DNA of 64,000 bases. Source: Pelagomonas calceolata (taxonomy: Eukaryota). The notes under the pieces are model-generated. The model saw only the letters and a list, made by a program, of their open reading frames with translations, was not told the origin of the DNA and did not search any database. This document shows, piece after piece, positions 1 through 13,200 of this stretch (position 1 is its first letter; every line of letters starts with the position of its first letter). The stretch is taken from contig CAKKNE010000005.1 in the NCBI GenBank assembly GCA_918797485.1, positions 1,736,001 through 1,800,000 of the forward strand, written 5' to 3'. A program made the translations under genes and the position numbers.

Positions 1-144
1 TCTTTCTCTGTCCGGAGAGTAGGCGGAATAACCGCGTTCTGTCGGGTCAGTATCGACGCGACGTTTTACTCTCCACGGTGGCATCGTCGAGCCCCACGCC
101 ATCGACGCAACACGGTCGCGTGTCACTGTTTGATTTATACGCAG

Positions 145-3100
145 GTCGAACGACGAACTCCTCGAGATCCTGGCTGAAACAAAAGACCCGACAAAAGTCC
201 AACCGCATTTGAAGAAGTGTGCGGACTCAGCGTCCCTGAAGCTGCCGTCAACTTGGGAACAGTGCATGAATCACACACGCCATCGAGGTGGCTTCCTCCA
301 AACTTCATGCCAAAAAAGAGATCACCGTGGACTCTCGGGACAGTGCCCACGCAGGCTTCGACGGCGTCGCTGCACTCGAATTCACCGACCGCCTGGACAT
401 TTTGTCGTGTTACGACGGCCCCGTAGATCGGAGTGAACGTCTAGAGTTCTCGTACGGTCCGTGCCATCACAGACCAATTAATCCGCGAGACAGCGGAGGT
501 AACGTCGAGAAGTGGCTCGTAGAAGTGGAGAGCATAATGAAAAAGTCTCTCGCGTTTGCAATAGACGAGTCTTTAGTTGACTACGCAAGGGCCAAGAGAT
601 CGGACTGGCTTCAGAGCTGGCAAGGTCAGACCGTGCTCACGGTGAATCAGATTACGTGGGTTGTTGCTGTTGAGGCGGCTATCATCCAAGGTGGAAATGC
701 GATGGAGGTCCTTTATGAACAACGGCGCGGCGAGCTCCTTGACGTCGTTAAGTCTGTCCGCGGCAATATATCCAAGATGCTTCGGAACACCCTCGGTGCA
801 TTAGTAGTGATGGACGTACACAATCGCGACATCACCGAATGGTTGTCAGAAACATCAATCTGTGCCGTGTCCGAATTTGACTGGCAGGCGCAGCTGCGGT
901 ACTACTGGGCCGATGCTGGCGCGTCGTCGCAAACGGGCAGGCCAGAGACCATTTCTTGCCGCATGATCAATGCCATGATCTTATATGCATATGAGTACAT
1001 AGGGAACTGCGGAAGGCTTGTGATTACACCCTTGACAGATAGATGCTACCGCACGCTGATGGGCGCTATTCATCTCAACTTAGGTGGAGCTCCTGAGGGT
1101 CCCGCAGGCACCGGTAAAACGGAGACCACCAAAGATTTGGGCAAAGCCATCGCTATTCAATGTGTGGTGACGAACTGCTCGGACGGGCTGGACTATAAAG
1201 CGATGGCCAAGTTCTTCAAGGGGCTAGCCGCCTCTGGTGCCTGGGCCTGTTTTGATGAGTTCAACCGTATTATCCTAGAAGTTTTGTCTGTCGTGGCGCA
1301 GCAAGTGCTGACCATTCAGCAAGCAAAAGCGAGGCAGGCGGAGCGGTTCATGTTCGAGGGCACGGACCTCCCTCTGCGAATGACTTGTTGTCCTTTCATC
1401 ACGATGAACCCTGGCTATGCCGGTCGAGCGGAACTCCCGGACAACCTCAAAGTACTCTTTAGGACTGTGGCGATGATGGTGCCGGACTACGCGATGATCG
1501 GCGAGATCATCCTGTACTCCATGGGGTATACCGATGCGAAAGCCATGGCCGTCAAGATCGTTACGACCTACAAATTGTGCAGCGAGCAGCTCAGTGCGCA
1601 GTCGCACTACGACTATGGCATGCGCGCCGTCATCGCGGTTCTCAGGGCTTCGGGCAATTTGAAACGAAGCGAGGGCCACCTTCCGGAGGACATCTTGGTT
1701 TTGAGAGCCATTATTGATGTCAATGCGCCGAAGTTTTTAGCACCGGACGTGCCCCTGTTCAACGGCATCACGTCTGACTTGTTCCCGGGCGTCAAATTGC
1801 CGGAGCCGGACCGCCAGGCCATGCAGTCGAAGTCAAACGAAAGTTGCGTCGAGCGCAACCTGCAACTCACGGACTACTTCTGGGGCAAGATTGTGCAGAT
1901 CTACGACATGATGGTCGTGCGGCACGGCTTCATGATCGTCGGGGCGCCGTTCTCGGGCAAGACGTCCGCTTATAGAGTCTTAGCCGACGCCTTAAGTAAG
2001 CTACACGCAGAATTCCCGGAAGATGGCAGATGGACCGATGTGGTACCTTTTGTGATGAATCCCAAGAGTGTCACGATGGGCCAGCTCTACGGGTGTTTTG
2101 ATCCAGTCTCGCACGAGTGGACGGATGGCATCCTCGCGATCCAGTACCGCAACGCGGCCCAATCAAAAGTGGGCAAACCGGAAGATCGCAAGTGGGTCCT
2201 GCTGGACGGGCCCGTCGACGCGATCTGGATCGAGAACATGAACACGGTCCTGGATGATAATAAGAAGTTGTGCCTGATGTCCGGTGAAATTATTGCGATG
2301 TCCGACGTCATGAGCATGATCTTTGAACCGATGGACTTATTAGTAGCATCCCCAGCAACTGTCAGTAGATGCGGCATGGTCTACATGGAGCCCGAGCAAT
2401 TAGGGCTACGGCCGCTGTGGGAGTCCTGGGTCGTTGGGTGGACGGTTGGCGGCTACTATCACCAAGAACGCGGAGACGAACCGCCGCCCTTTGAACTGAA
2501 GGAGGAGGAACAAGTCCATTTGACGGCGTTATACGACTGGCTCGTCGAGCCGTCCATGGCCTTCCTGCGGAGGACCTGCAAAGAGATGTCTCCTACGGTG
2601 GATTCGGCGCTGCTTACCTCGCTCTTGGGTTTGCTGCGATGTCTACTAGCAGCAGCGATCCCGGGCCCGCACGACGCCAACACGGAGGAGGGGGGCAATT
2701 TTCGGAAAAAACAGCTCGAGTGTTGCTTCCTGTTCGCGCTGTTCTGGTCTACCGGTGTCACCTCGGACGCTGCCGGGAGAGAAAAATACTCGCTCTTTGT
2801 GCGCGAGGTCATGAAGGACGTCGATGTCATTGATGAAAAGTATGGTGGTGTCGCAACTGCACTAGCTGTCCGCAAGTGGCGGAAGCCGGACTACAAGAAT
2901 TGCGAGGACAAGACGGCCTTTTTAGTCCAGACAGACGAGGGGAATTTGCAGGACTGGTGTTATGATCCAAGGAAGGGCAAGTGGGTCAGCTGGGTCCAGA
3001 CCCTAGCTAAGTTTACGATCCCAGATGACGCTGAATTCAGCACAATTATGGTGCCCACTGCTTGCACTGCCCAGCTATCGTACATGTGTCGCACTTTGCT

Positions 3101-6100
3101 CACCCATGGGTTAAGACCGCTGGTCTGCGGCCCGACCGGAACGGGCAAATCTGTATCCGTCATCAAGTGCGTCACGGAGGAGTTGGATCAATCCAAGTAC
3201 AAGCCCATTCAGTTAGGATTCTCTGCAAAAACCTCCGCAACAATGACCCAAGACATCATCGACGGCCAGCTAGGTAAAAGGCGAAAAGGCGTTTTTGGCC
3301 CGCCCATGGGGCAAACGGCCATAGTCTTCGTGGACGACATGAACATGCCTGAAGTTGAAACTTATGGGGCACAACCACCGATAGAATTGCTGCGGCAGCT
3401 CGTGGACTGCGGCGGCTACTACGACCTGAAAGAAAAATCGTGGGTGGACATCGTGGACACGCAGGTCTGCTGCGCAATGGGCCCGCCCGGTGGGGGAAGG
3501 AACGGTACTACTCCTCGCTTCTTGAGGCATTTTTCCCTACTCTGTGTGGATTCATTTGACGACGATACTCTCACATTAATTTTCAGCACGATTGTGAAGG
3601 CCTACTTCATGCGCGGCTACTCTGGCGACGTGTGCCAGCAGGCGGGCAATGTCGTAGACGCGACAATGCGAACTTACAGGGAAGCCATGAAGGGTCTACT
3701 CCCTACACCTTCTAAATCTCACTACACATTCAATTTGCGGGACTTCTCGCGCGTGGTCCAGGGTGTGTTACTCCAAGCCCCGTCGGGCGAGTTCGCTAAC
3801 AAGTCCAGCGTGATGAGATTGTGGACCCACGAAGCTTTGAGAGTCTTTGGGGATCGTTTAACAGACGATAACGATCGGAAGTGGATGTGCGCCCACGCTG
3901 CGACCATGTGCAAGGAGATCTTCAGGTGCGACTTCCAATCGGAGTTCGAGCATATTCGACCCGCGGACGAGACGGAGACGGGCTACGGCACGCTCCGAAG
4001 ACTGTTCTGGGGTGACTACATGACTCCGGCCGACGAGGACGATAGGCCGTATGTGGAGGTTCGCGATCTCCAGTTACTACAAAACCGGACCGAGGACTCG
4101 CTCGCGGAGTTCAACCAAACGTCCAAGAAGCCCATGGAGCTCGTCATGTTCATGTTCGCCATTGAGCATGTCTCGCGAATCGCAAGAGTCCTGCGGATGC
4201 CTGGTGGCAACGCTCTACTTGTCGGTGTCGGCGGTTCGGGCAGACAAAGTCTCAGTATCTTAGCGACAGAGATGGCTGGCTACGCCCTGTTCCGCATAGA
4301 AATCACGAAATCCTACGGCATGGCCGAGTGGAGAGACGATCTTAAAAAAGTACTTATTGAGGCGGGGTCTGGCGATCGGCCCTTAGTGTTCTTGTTCTCG
4401 GACACGCAAATTGCTAAGGAAGGGTTTGTCGAGGACATTAACAACATGCTGAACGCGGGCGAGGTGCCCAACATCTTTGCAAGTGATGAAAAGGTCGCCA
4501 TCTGCGAGAAAGTCGGGCCTTTTGCCAAAGAGCAATTTGGCCGAGCTGCCGGCGACATGACGCCTCTTCAGCTCTATGCGTATTTCATTCAGCGGGTCAA
4601 GCAGTACCTGCACATCATCCTGGCGTTTTCGCCCATCGGCTCCGCCTTCCGAGATCGACTGCGATTGTTCCCTTCCTTAGTAAACTGCTGCGCCATCGAC
4701 TGGTTCACGGCCTGGCCCGGGGACGCGCTCCTAGCCGTAGCGGAGAAGTTCCTCAAGGAAGTCAAGTTGGATGACGAAGTAAGGCCGGCCATCGTCGACA
4801 TGTGTATGACCTTCCACACGAACGCGCATGCCCTGGCGGCGGAATTCCTCACAGAACAAGGGCGGATCACCTACGTCACTCCTACATCGTACCTAGAGTT
4901 GATTGTGGCGTTCAAGCTTGCTCTAGCCGAGCAACGGGAAAAAATAACAGCGGGCAAGGACCGCTACCAGAACGGTCTCAAACAATTGGCGGGAGCCGAG
5001 GAGAACGTCGCGACGATGCAGGTCGAACTCACGGACCTCCAGCCGGTGCTGGCGGAGGCTCAGGTCGCGACGGACGCGTTGATGGAGGAGATCGAGGCGA
5101 AGCTGCCGGGGGTGCGAGAGCAGGAGGAAGTCGTCGGCGCGGAGGCGGCGGTCGCGCAGAAGGAGGCCGATGCCGTCCAGATCGAAGTGGACGCGGTGCA
5201 AGCTGACTTAGATGAAGCGTTGCCGGCGTTAGAAAGTGCGGTCCAAGCCTTGAATACGATCAACGACAAGGACATCGACGCCGTGCGGAAATTGTCGAAA
5301 CCGCCAGCCACGGTCAAGTTGGTAGCAGAAGGTGTTTGTGTGATGCTCGGCGAGAAGCCGGTCAAGATCCCGGACCCCGAGGATAGTTCGAAGAAGATCA
5401 TGGACTACTGGGCGCCGTCCCAGAAGATGATGGGCGACAAGGGCTTCATTCCCCGGCTCAAGGAATATGATAAGGATAACATCAGCCCGAAGATCATGAA
5501 GACAATACGGACGACCTACATGCCCAACGAGAAGTTCAACGCTGAGAGTGCGGCCAAAGCGTCAAGTGCCGCAGCCGGGCTCTGCAAATGGGTCCTGGCC
5601 ATGGAATGTTTTGATCTGTGCGGGAGATCAGGTTTTTGTGGTTCCTTCGATTTGTGATTTCAGTGGTAGTCGATCGCTTTCTCGTACCGATCATCGGTGG
5701 TTGTTGATTTCTACACAGGTTATGATCGAGTTGCAAAAGTGGTTGCTCCCAAGAAAGAAGCCCTGGAGAAAACGCAGGCTGCTTTAGCTATCACGATGGG
5801 CGAGCTTAACGAGAAGAAGGCTTCTCTAAAGGTCGTCCAGGACGACCTCGCATCGCTACAGGCCAATTTAGCTGGGGCTGAGCAGAAAAAGGCGGAACTG
5901 TTGAATCAAGTCGACCTGTGCGGGAAGAAGTTGGTGCGTGCGAAGCAATTAATTGAATCACTGGGCGGAGAAAAGACGAAGTGGGGCATCTTCGTCGAGG
6001 AGCTGGACGCGGCCTATGTTAACTTGACGGGCGATGTGCTGGTGAGCGCCGGTTTGATGGCTTATTTAGGACCATTTACGTCCACCTTCCGACAAAGACA

Positions 6101-9100
6101 AATGGGCGAGTGGATCGCCACATGCAAGAAATTAAATATACCTTCATCCGAGAAACCGACGCTGATCAACACGCTTGGGGACGCTGTGAAGATAAGACAG
6201 TGGAACATTGAAAACTTACCCACGGACGACTTTTCGGTGGAGAACGCCATTACTATTTTCGCGGCGCGCAGATGGCCGCTCATGATCGACCCGCAGGCGC
6301 CGACTCGACGTGAAAAGTGAGCTTCAACTTGAGGCGGTCGTTGTGATGGTGTCATCATGAAGCCACCGTGACACCGTCTTCATGATCGCGAGAGAGTTCA
6401 CGTGTCGCGAGGGAGCTGCGGCACTTTCGCGAAGGCGTCGTTCCACGCAGGGCCAAGCTAATAAATGGATCCGGCAGATGGAAGCCCCAAACAAACTTAA
6501 CGTACTCAAAATGTCTGGGGAATATATGAGAAATATGGAGACGGCCATCCAGTACGGCTTTCCCGTGCTGTTGGAGGACGTCGGGGAAGTCCTCGACGCC
6601 ACGCTCGAACCCTTGCTCCTCAAACAAATATTCAAGCAGGGCGGCATGGATTGTATTCGGTTGGGTGATGCGACAATCGAATACTCGGAAATGTTCCGCT
6701 TCTACATTTGCACTAAGCTAAGAAACCCCCACTACGTGCCGGAGATTAGTGTCAAGGTCGCGCTCCTAAACTTCATGATCACGCCACAGGGCCTACAAGA
6801 TCAACTGTTGGGTGTTGTCGTAGCTAGAGAACGCGCCGATTTAGAAGAAAAGAAGAACGAATTGGTGTTGGAGGGCGCGGAGAATAAACGAAAGCTCAAG
6901 GAGATCGAGGACCAAATTCTCGAAATTCTTTCCGGGGAAGGAAACATCCTGGAAAATGAGACGGCTATCGTCACCTTAAATCAGTCAAAAGTGACCAGTG
7001 ACGACATTAAGGCGAAGCAGGCAGTCGCGGAAAAGACGGAGATCGAGATCGACAACGCATGAGTCAGTGTCCATGTTGCACTTCAGCTTGAATCGGTGTC
7101 CCCACTCGACGTCGTCTACCGCGGCGATGGCGTGCCGGTGGTTTATGCGTGTTCTCTTCCACGCATCCCACAGCGAGTCCTCAAATTGAGTTGTCTCTCA
7201 ACACGCGAGATCCTGTCACTTCTACACTACCTCCACCACGCCATCGACGTGAAGCCTGTGGCGAGCGGACGACAAAGTACTCACCCTCATTCAACACAGG
7301 TGCGCAAGGGCTACACGTCCGTCGCCTACTCGACACAAGTCTTGTTTTTCTGCATCGCGTGCTTGGAGAACATTGAGCCCGTCTACTCTTACTCTTTAGT
7401 TTGGTTTATCAACCTCTTCGTCGCGTCCATCAAGAACTCAGAAACGGCTTCTGATGTTCCCACAAGACTAGATAATTTGTACAACCACTTCATTTATTCG
7501 TTATATAAAAATATCTGCCGAAGCTTACTGGAGAAAGACAAATTATTGTTCTCCTTTGTGCTCACGATTAGGATCCTACAGGGGAAGAATGAACTTGATG
7601 ACGCCGAGTGGCTATTTTTCTTGACCGGTGGGGTGTCGCTAGACAACCCTCATAAAAATCCAGCCCAGGACTGGCTCGCTCCTAAATTGTGGAATGAGAT
7701 CTGCTTGTTGGACGCCATTCCGGCGTTCAGAGGTCTCCGGGAACACGTGGATCGCTGTCCCCACCAGTGGCGAACTTTGTACGATAGCACGGACCCTCAG
7801 GAAGAACCGCTACCGGACACGTGGGACAAGCTGACCGGCCTGAAGAGGTTGTGCGTCTTGCGTTGCGTCCGGCCGGACAAAGTTGTGTTGGGCGTGCAGA
7901 AGTTCGTCATCAGCGAGATGGGCGAAAAGTTCGTGCGGCCGCCGCCGTTCGACCTGCAGGCTTGTTATGATGAATCGTCGTGCATCCAGCCTTTGGTGTT
8001 CGTGCTAGCTCCGGGGAGCGATCCGATGGCGTCTGTGTTGGAAGCAGCGGAAGCGATTGGGCGGGAGGTGGAGCCGATCTCATTGGGTCAAGGTCAAGGT
8101 CCCGTCGCGGAAGCACTCATTGCAAGAGCGTGCAAAGTTCACGGCGACGGCTCTTGGGTCGTGCTGCAGAACTGTTCGTGGCGGCGTCCTTCGCTGCACC
8201 TTCAACCGGAGGCGGCGCGTCGATCGGCCGGAAGCTGGGACGACTCCCCGGACGCCATCGCCGCGACGCCTTCGATGACGAGTGTTCACCGGTTCCTACA
8301 CAACAGGTCACCTCGCCGAGTCGTTCATGCCCCGCTTCGAGGAGATTTGTGATAAACTGGGCGACCCACGGCCCCACGAGAATTTTAGATTGTGGTGCAC
8401 GACATGTCCGTCCCCGATATTCCCCACTGCAGTTTTACAAAACAGCATCAAGATGGCTATTGAACCGCCGAAAGGGCTCCGAGCGAACTTGGTCGGCAGC
8501 TACTCGTCCGCGCCGCTCGCGAACGATGGTTATTTAGAATCGAACGCGAAGCCCGAAAAGTTCCGGAAGTTGTGCTACTCGTTGTGTATCTTCCACGCTG
8601 TACTCCAGGAGCGCCGCCTGTACGGTCCGCTGGGCTGGAACATCCCCTACGGCTTCAACGAGTCGGACATGCTAATATCATTACAACAGTTATTTGCGTT
8701 TCTAGAAGAAAACGAGGAAACACCATTCAAAGCACTGAAGTACTGTATTGGGGAGTGCAATTATGGGGGCCGCGTAACGGACGGCAAGGATCGAATAACG
8801 CTAAATAGCATTATGGAAAGGTTCTTCAACGAGGAGGTGCTGGAGACAGGCTACAAGATGTCCCAGAGTGGCACGTATTCCAGTCCGGGTGTAGAAACAA
8901 GGGAGGAGTTCCTCGAAGTCATCGAGGGCTTGCCTTTAGTTGCTCCCCCAGAAATCTTCGGCTTCCACGAGAACGCGAACATCACAAAGGACACGAAGGA
9001 GACGAACGCCATGTTCGCTACCTGTTTACTGTGTGAAGGCGGGGGAGGGGGAGCCAGTTCCGGCGATAAAGATGCTACTATTGCAGCGACTGCGGGTGAT

Positions 9101-9991
9101 ATTAAAGAAAAATTACCTGCTGCATATGACATGGAGCAGGCGGCGATCTCGTATCCCGTGTTGTGGGAGCAGTCCATGAACACGGTCCTGTGCCAGGAGT
9201 TGGCACGGTTCAACAACCTCACAAACGCGATGAAAAAATCACTAGTGGAGGTGGAGAAAGCGGTGCGTGGCATCGTCGTCATGAGCGGACCCCTGGAAGC
9301 GCTCGGGGACTCTTTAGTGTACGGCGCGATTCCGCTGATGTGGAAGGTGTGTTGTCCGCGTCCGGTCCTCTCCCGTCGTTTTCGACCCCCACGCCATCGC
9401 CGCGACGCAACCCCCAATCGCACACAGGCCAAGTCGTACCCCTCGTTCAAGCCGCTCGCCGGCTACGTGACAGATCTCCTAGAGAGATTGAACTTCTTAC
9501 GAGAATGGCTGGAAGAGAAGCCGCCAGCCACCTACTGGATCTCGGCGTTCTTCTTCCAGCACGCCTTCATGACGGCGAGTAAGCAGAACTACTCGCGGGC
9601 GGAGACGATCCCGATCGACGCGATTGGGCTGCAATTCGAGATGCTGCAGGCGTCGTCCTATGCAAAGCCGCCCGCGCTCGGCGTCTATGTGTACGGCTTC
9701 TTCTTCGAGGGCGCGCGCTGGGACAAGGAGCAGAAGAAGATCCTCGAGTCCGACCCGAAGGTGTTATTCACGACTGCTCCTCTCATGTGGTTCCAACCCA
9801 AAAGGACGGTCCAAATAAGGCACCCGCCGTCCTACCTCTGCCCGGTCTACAAGACGGGCGACCGGCGGGGCATCTTGGCTACCACAGGACATAGTACGAA
9901 TTTTATCCTCGACATCTATGTGCCGAGCGATGTGCCCGAGGCGCACTGGGTGCAGCGCGGGGTGGCGATGCTGTCGCAGCTGGATGACTAA
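145..9991 (+). CDS. Axonemal dynein heavy chain (inner-arm type), 5'-truncated, multi-exon. Inferred exons 145-218, 355-5607, 5719-6296, 6451-7056, 7300-8173, 8307-9346, 9428-9991
   Basis: Motifs [24 protein letters not shown]1 [57 protein letters not shown], stalk/MTBD, C-terminal HW..RGVAML.QLDD. Splicing the inferred introns restores KKC-FDG, AMEC-YDRV, IDPQ-GQANKW, LQNC-HLA, MWK-AKSYPS. Confidence 0.96.
5608..5718 (+). mobile_element. Introner-type intron (non-autonomous TIR element) in dynein gene
   Basis: 8-bp near-duplication GTTTTGAT (5608-5615) / GTTATGAT (5719-5726); element 5616-5718 with TIRs CTGTGCGGGAGATCA ... TGATTTCTACACAG; GT donor lies in the duplication, AG acceptor in the TIR. 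Confidence 0.85.
6297..6450 (+). other. GC-AG intron in dynein gene (probably degenerate introner)
   Basis: Removal restores [12 protein letters not shown]; ends in TTCCACGCAG, like the introner TIR. Confidence 0.8.
7057..7299 (+). other. GC-AG intron in dynein gene (probably degenerate introner)
   Basis: Removal restores EIEIDN-VRKGY; contains CCACGCCATCGACG, shared with other introns in the window. Confidence 0.75.
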
Positions 9992-10068
9992 GTAGAGAGT
10001 GACGTGGCCTCCCCCGAGTAGAAATACCCCCCCCCCCGGCAGCGCTCGCACGCGAGCGACCTCACTGG

Positions 10069-10094
10069 TTAATTAATTAATTAATTAATTAATT
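10069..10094. repeat. (TTAA)n microsatellite
   Basis: Directly visible tandem TTAA run 3' of the dynein gene. Confidence 0.9.
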
Positions 10095-10587
10095 TAGGCG
10101 CCACGGCGAGTTGCCTAAATTTTTTGTGCGGTCGGCGCTTTTTTCTTCGTGGCACCCGCCTTTTAGGCCCTCTGGCGGCCAAAAGTAAATTTGGGGCGCC
10201 TCCCTGCCTGTTTGAGTGCGTTTTGGCCGACCACCGCCGGGGAGTGTCAGTCCCGTGCCCCTCGGGGCGCCTGCTACTACTGCTGCGGTAGTACATTTTT
10301 TACTTTATTTTGCTTTTAATGGCAGTTTCTGGGAACTACATCTTATTCTATCTATCTAACAAAGTGTATAGAACCAAGAATGTACCCTGCGCAGGCACCG
10401 TGACGCGTGCCACAGTGAGTCCCAGTCACTGGCACCTGGGGGGCGTGGATCCTGGGACACAGCGAGTCCAATGCACGGGTTGGTTCGACGCGTAGTGGAA
10501 CGACTAATATCCCCCCTCTTCTTTGTACCTCGTACCTTACTCATACACGTACTCATACACCCCGCCGGGCCTAGGACCTAGGTACTC

Positions 10588-10619
10588 CTAATGGATCTTT
10601 AACTTGAAAGATCCATTAG
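10588..10619. repeat. Perfect 13-bp inverted repeat with 6-nt spacer
   Basis: CTAATGGATCTTT-AACTTG-AAAGATCCATTAG. Confidence 0.9.
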
Positions 10620-10898
10620 TTAGGCTAGTAACTCAGGCTTCAGTGAGTGTAAGACGACCGGAGGCTGCCGGGGCTGGGGCGGCCCTAGAACTAGTAGATT
10701 AAGGCTACAAGAAGGCACAAGCTCCTAGGGGCCTTCTCTCTGCTCGGTCAGGATTGCCAACTGAAACTTCGAAATAAAGCGATAAATAAGGATATGAAGG
10801 GTTTCCTCAGTTGAATCAGTCGGGCTTTGCGCACAATCTGCACCCTTGGCTGATGTGACTGGCACGCACACATCAGGCAACAATACGTGGGGACTGCC

Positions 10899-12188
10899 CT
10901 ACATGCGAATCTGGAAACGCCCTGATTTCGTGATTGTCCGAACGCCCTTGTATGGCCGGTATCGTTCGTTTTTTAATTGTAGGGCTGCAATCTGTATACC
11001 AGAAACGGAGGCAACAGGGACCTTCCACTTGACCTGAATCGGAGGCGGGCCCTCAGCCAAACCTTGGATTATCATTGAGCCAGAAAGCTGGGGGACTTTG
11101 GTGGCATTTGGTGTGAGCCTTCCAATTGTCCAACTAGCCACCTTTGTGGCTTCGTCATAGAGCACTGTACCAACAGTTGCAGATAATGTGGCGGTCTTGA
11201 CACACTTGGGAAACGGGATCGATAATGCAACGTCCTCAATTAGCATCGGGGCTTTGCGATTGGGAGTCACGAGGGACGAAGTCTGCCTTTGACCAATCTG
11301 TATCTGTATGCGGCCATACCCAGCATTGTGCTGATCAGACATTGTTACAACAGGAGTAACGTATATCGGCACAGTCACATTTGTCTTCGTATTCACACGA
11401 TAGCGCATGAGCTCAAAAGTGCCATCAGGTGGCACGAAGCTCACAACGCGGTCCTGCTCGAATCTAGTATAGCGCACACAGGGGTGAAAGGAGCAGTCTT
11501 TTATTACCTCTGGATCTAGAAAGCTTAAGCATAGGTCTGGAATGCCAGAGAGACGCGAATTAGCTACAATAGCCCCAGATACCTCAGAGGATACTACTTG
11601 CCCTTTCCGATCTACAACTGCGTCAACTTCCTCAATAATATCCAGATAAATCTCGTTCTGAGCGTATTTGACCCCTGACTTACGCCAGGGCATGGAGGAA
11701 ATTGTCCCATCCGGAAGCACATCACTTACATTTGACTTCCCAGTTGCAACTGCTTGCAAGCGGCCCATGACAGAAGGAGGAGCGATCATTGCCTTCAATG
11801 CATTTGGTTCAGTTGTGAGCGGATTTCCGTTGTCCAACATCTCTTCGAGGAGCTGGTAAACACTAGCAAAATTGTCCTTGATTAAACCCTCGCTTGCGGC
11901 GCCGAAGTATTCAACAAATATGTCCACGACTCGCTGCAATAATTCAATTACTAGTAGCGGTGGCACCTCTTTGGCTAGAACAGCAATGACATATATGTCT
12001 TCTCTGAAGACAGACACTAAATAATGCTTGGAGGTGTGCAACAGTGGCGAGAGCGTTCCTGAGCGCTTGTCTTGTGGATTAAGTTCGTCCCAGCAAAGAT
12101 CACAAATGTTCCGTGGCGTGACACCACGCCAGTGTCGCTCAATTAAAACTTCGCCTGTCGCGCTTGTGACAAATAGAGAGTTTATCAT
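10899..12188 (-). CDS. AP3M: AP-3 adaptor complex mu subunit (intronless)
   Basis: MINSLF..GEVLIERHWR, IKDNF..VYQLLEEMLDNG.PLTTEPNALK, PWRKSGVKY..NEIYLD, SFHPCVR, YRPYKGVR.ITKSGRFQIR; start at 12188 chosen by similarity to AP3M N-termini. Confidence 0.93.
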   Translation of the reverse strand: MINSLFVTSATGEVLIERHWRGVTPRNICDLCWDELNPQDKRSGTLSPLLHTSKHYLVSVFREDIYVIAVLAKEVPPLLVIELLQRVVDIFVEYFGAASEGLIKDNFASVYQLLEEMLDNGNPLTTEPNALKAMIAPPSVMGRLQAVATGKSNVSDVLPDGTISSMPWRKSGVKYAQNEIYLDIIEEVDAVVDRKGQVVSSEVSGAIVANSRLSGIPDLCLSFLDPEVIKDCSFHPCVRYTRFEQDRVVSFVPPDGTFELMRYRVNTKTNVTVPIYVTPVVTMSDQHNAGYGRIQIQIGQRQTSSLVTPNRKAPMLIEDVALSIPFPKCVKTATLSATVGTVLYDEATKVASWTIGRLTPNATKVPQLSGSMIIQGLAEGPPPIQVKWKVPVASVSGIQIAALQLKNERYRPYKGVRTITKSGRFQIRM

Positions 12189-12799
12189 TTGGACCAGGGA
12201 TATTAAAGTTTGGAGCAGTAGCATGCTAGGCGAGGCTTGATCTCTCTCTCGGAACGGCTAGCCGAGTTTCGCGCGGATTTCTTTTTAGCGAGCCCTGCAT
12301 CGGGTCGGTTACGGCCCCGTGGAGGTGGTTTGGGACTGGGGGCGACCGCCTCAGGCTTTGATTTAGGGACTCGGACTCGGAATTTATTTTGTGACGAAAA
12401 ATGGCCTCGGGATGGGTAACGGTCAACGTAATCGACCCGAGGTGAGCCTTTGCCTCCCCTTACCCCGGGCAGCTCCCCTGACACCATGCGAAAGCTGCTG
12501 CAACTCAAACCCGCCGAGGTGGGGAGGGTGTGTGCGCGGCCCGGCGTCGGCTTGTGGGCTCGGGGTTCGTACGGGAACGAGAACTTGAACTTGCGCTATA
12601 CAGCTCCAGAGCTGAACGGAAGCCCCAAGGCCCTCATACATCAAAACTTTACGCTGTCGACGTAAAAACCCGCGAGCTCTGGAGGCTCGGGGCTCGATCG
12701 CCAGTGATTTATCTTTAGCTTTATTTTACTCTGCAGCCAAATGTGCTCGTCAGGTAAGCCAAAACAGCGTCTCCTCGTCGCGCGTTTCAAACGGACATT

Positions 12800-13200
12800 C
12801 ACGGGAAGATCTCCAAATTGCTGGTAGAGGAGCGCCCGACCCACGCGCACGGCGACGCACCTCAAGAAGTCCACCAGTTGTCCGTCGCCACATGTCAACC
12901 CGCGGTCGGTCGGGAGAGCATATTCGGTGATGTCATGGCGGGCTACTTGGACGCCGCTCGACAAAAGATCGCCCATCAGGACATACGTTTACATTCCAGC
13001 GAACGTTCGAATGACGCGCCGCGCAAGTGGAAAAGACTTTAAGCCGGCGACGACGACCCGCGGGGAATCGGACTCGTCCGAGAGCTTCGTTTAGGACGTT
13101 AGGCGTACTATCCTAGGACCTTTACGAATACCAGGACGGGCGGGGAGTTGGGGCCACTCTCTGGGCTCTGGTATGAAAGAAAACCCGCACCACCCCCATC
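12800..13200 (+). mobile_element. Internal fragment of TIR repeat family A
   Basis: GATCTCCAAATTGCTGGTAGAG...GGGAGAGCATATTCGGTGATGTC matches 36610-36740 and the reverse complement of 29075-29200; similarity to the 28.8-29.0 kb part continues to ~13200. Confidence 0.8.

Noticed and set aside
288..9991. Apparent frameshifts/stops suggesting pseudogenes (dynein; likewise CEP290-like, PP2C, CCDC146)
   Set aside because: Breaks coincide with GT/GC-AG introns whose removal restores conserved sequence where I checked.
12641..13042. Recurrent peptide TEYALPT.RGLTCGDG in ORFs at 12.6, 28.8 and 36.6 kb
   Set aside because: Translation of a non-coding repeat (family A); frames differ and break between copies, with no recognisable domain.
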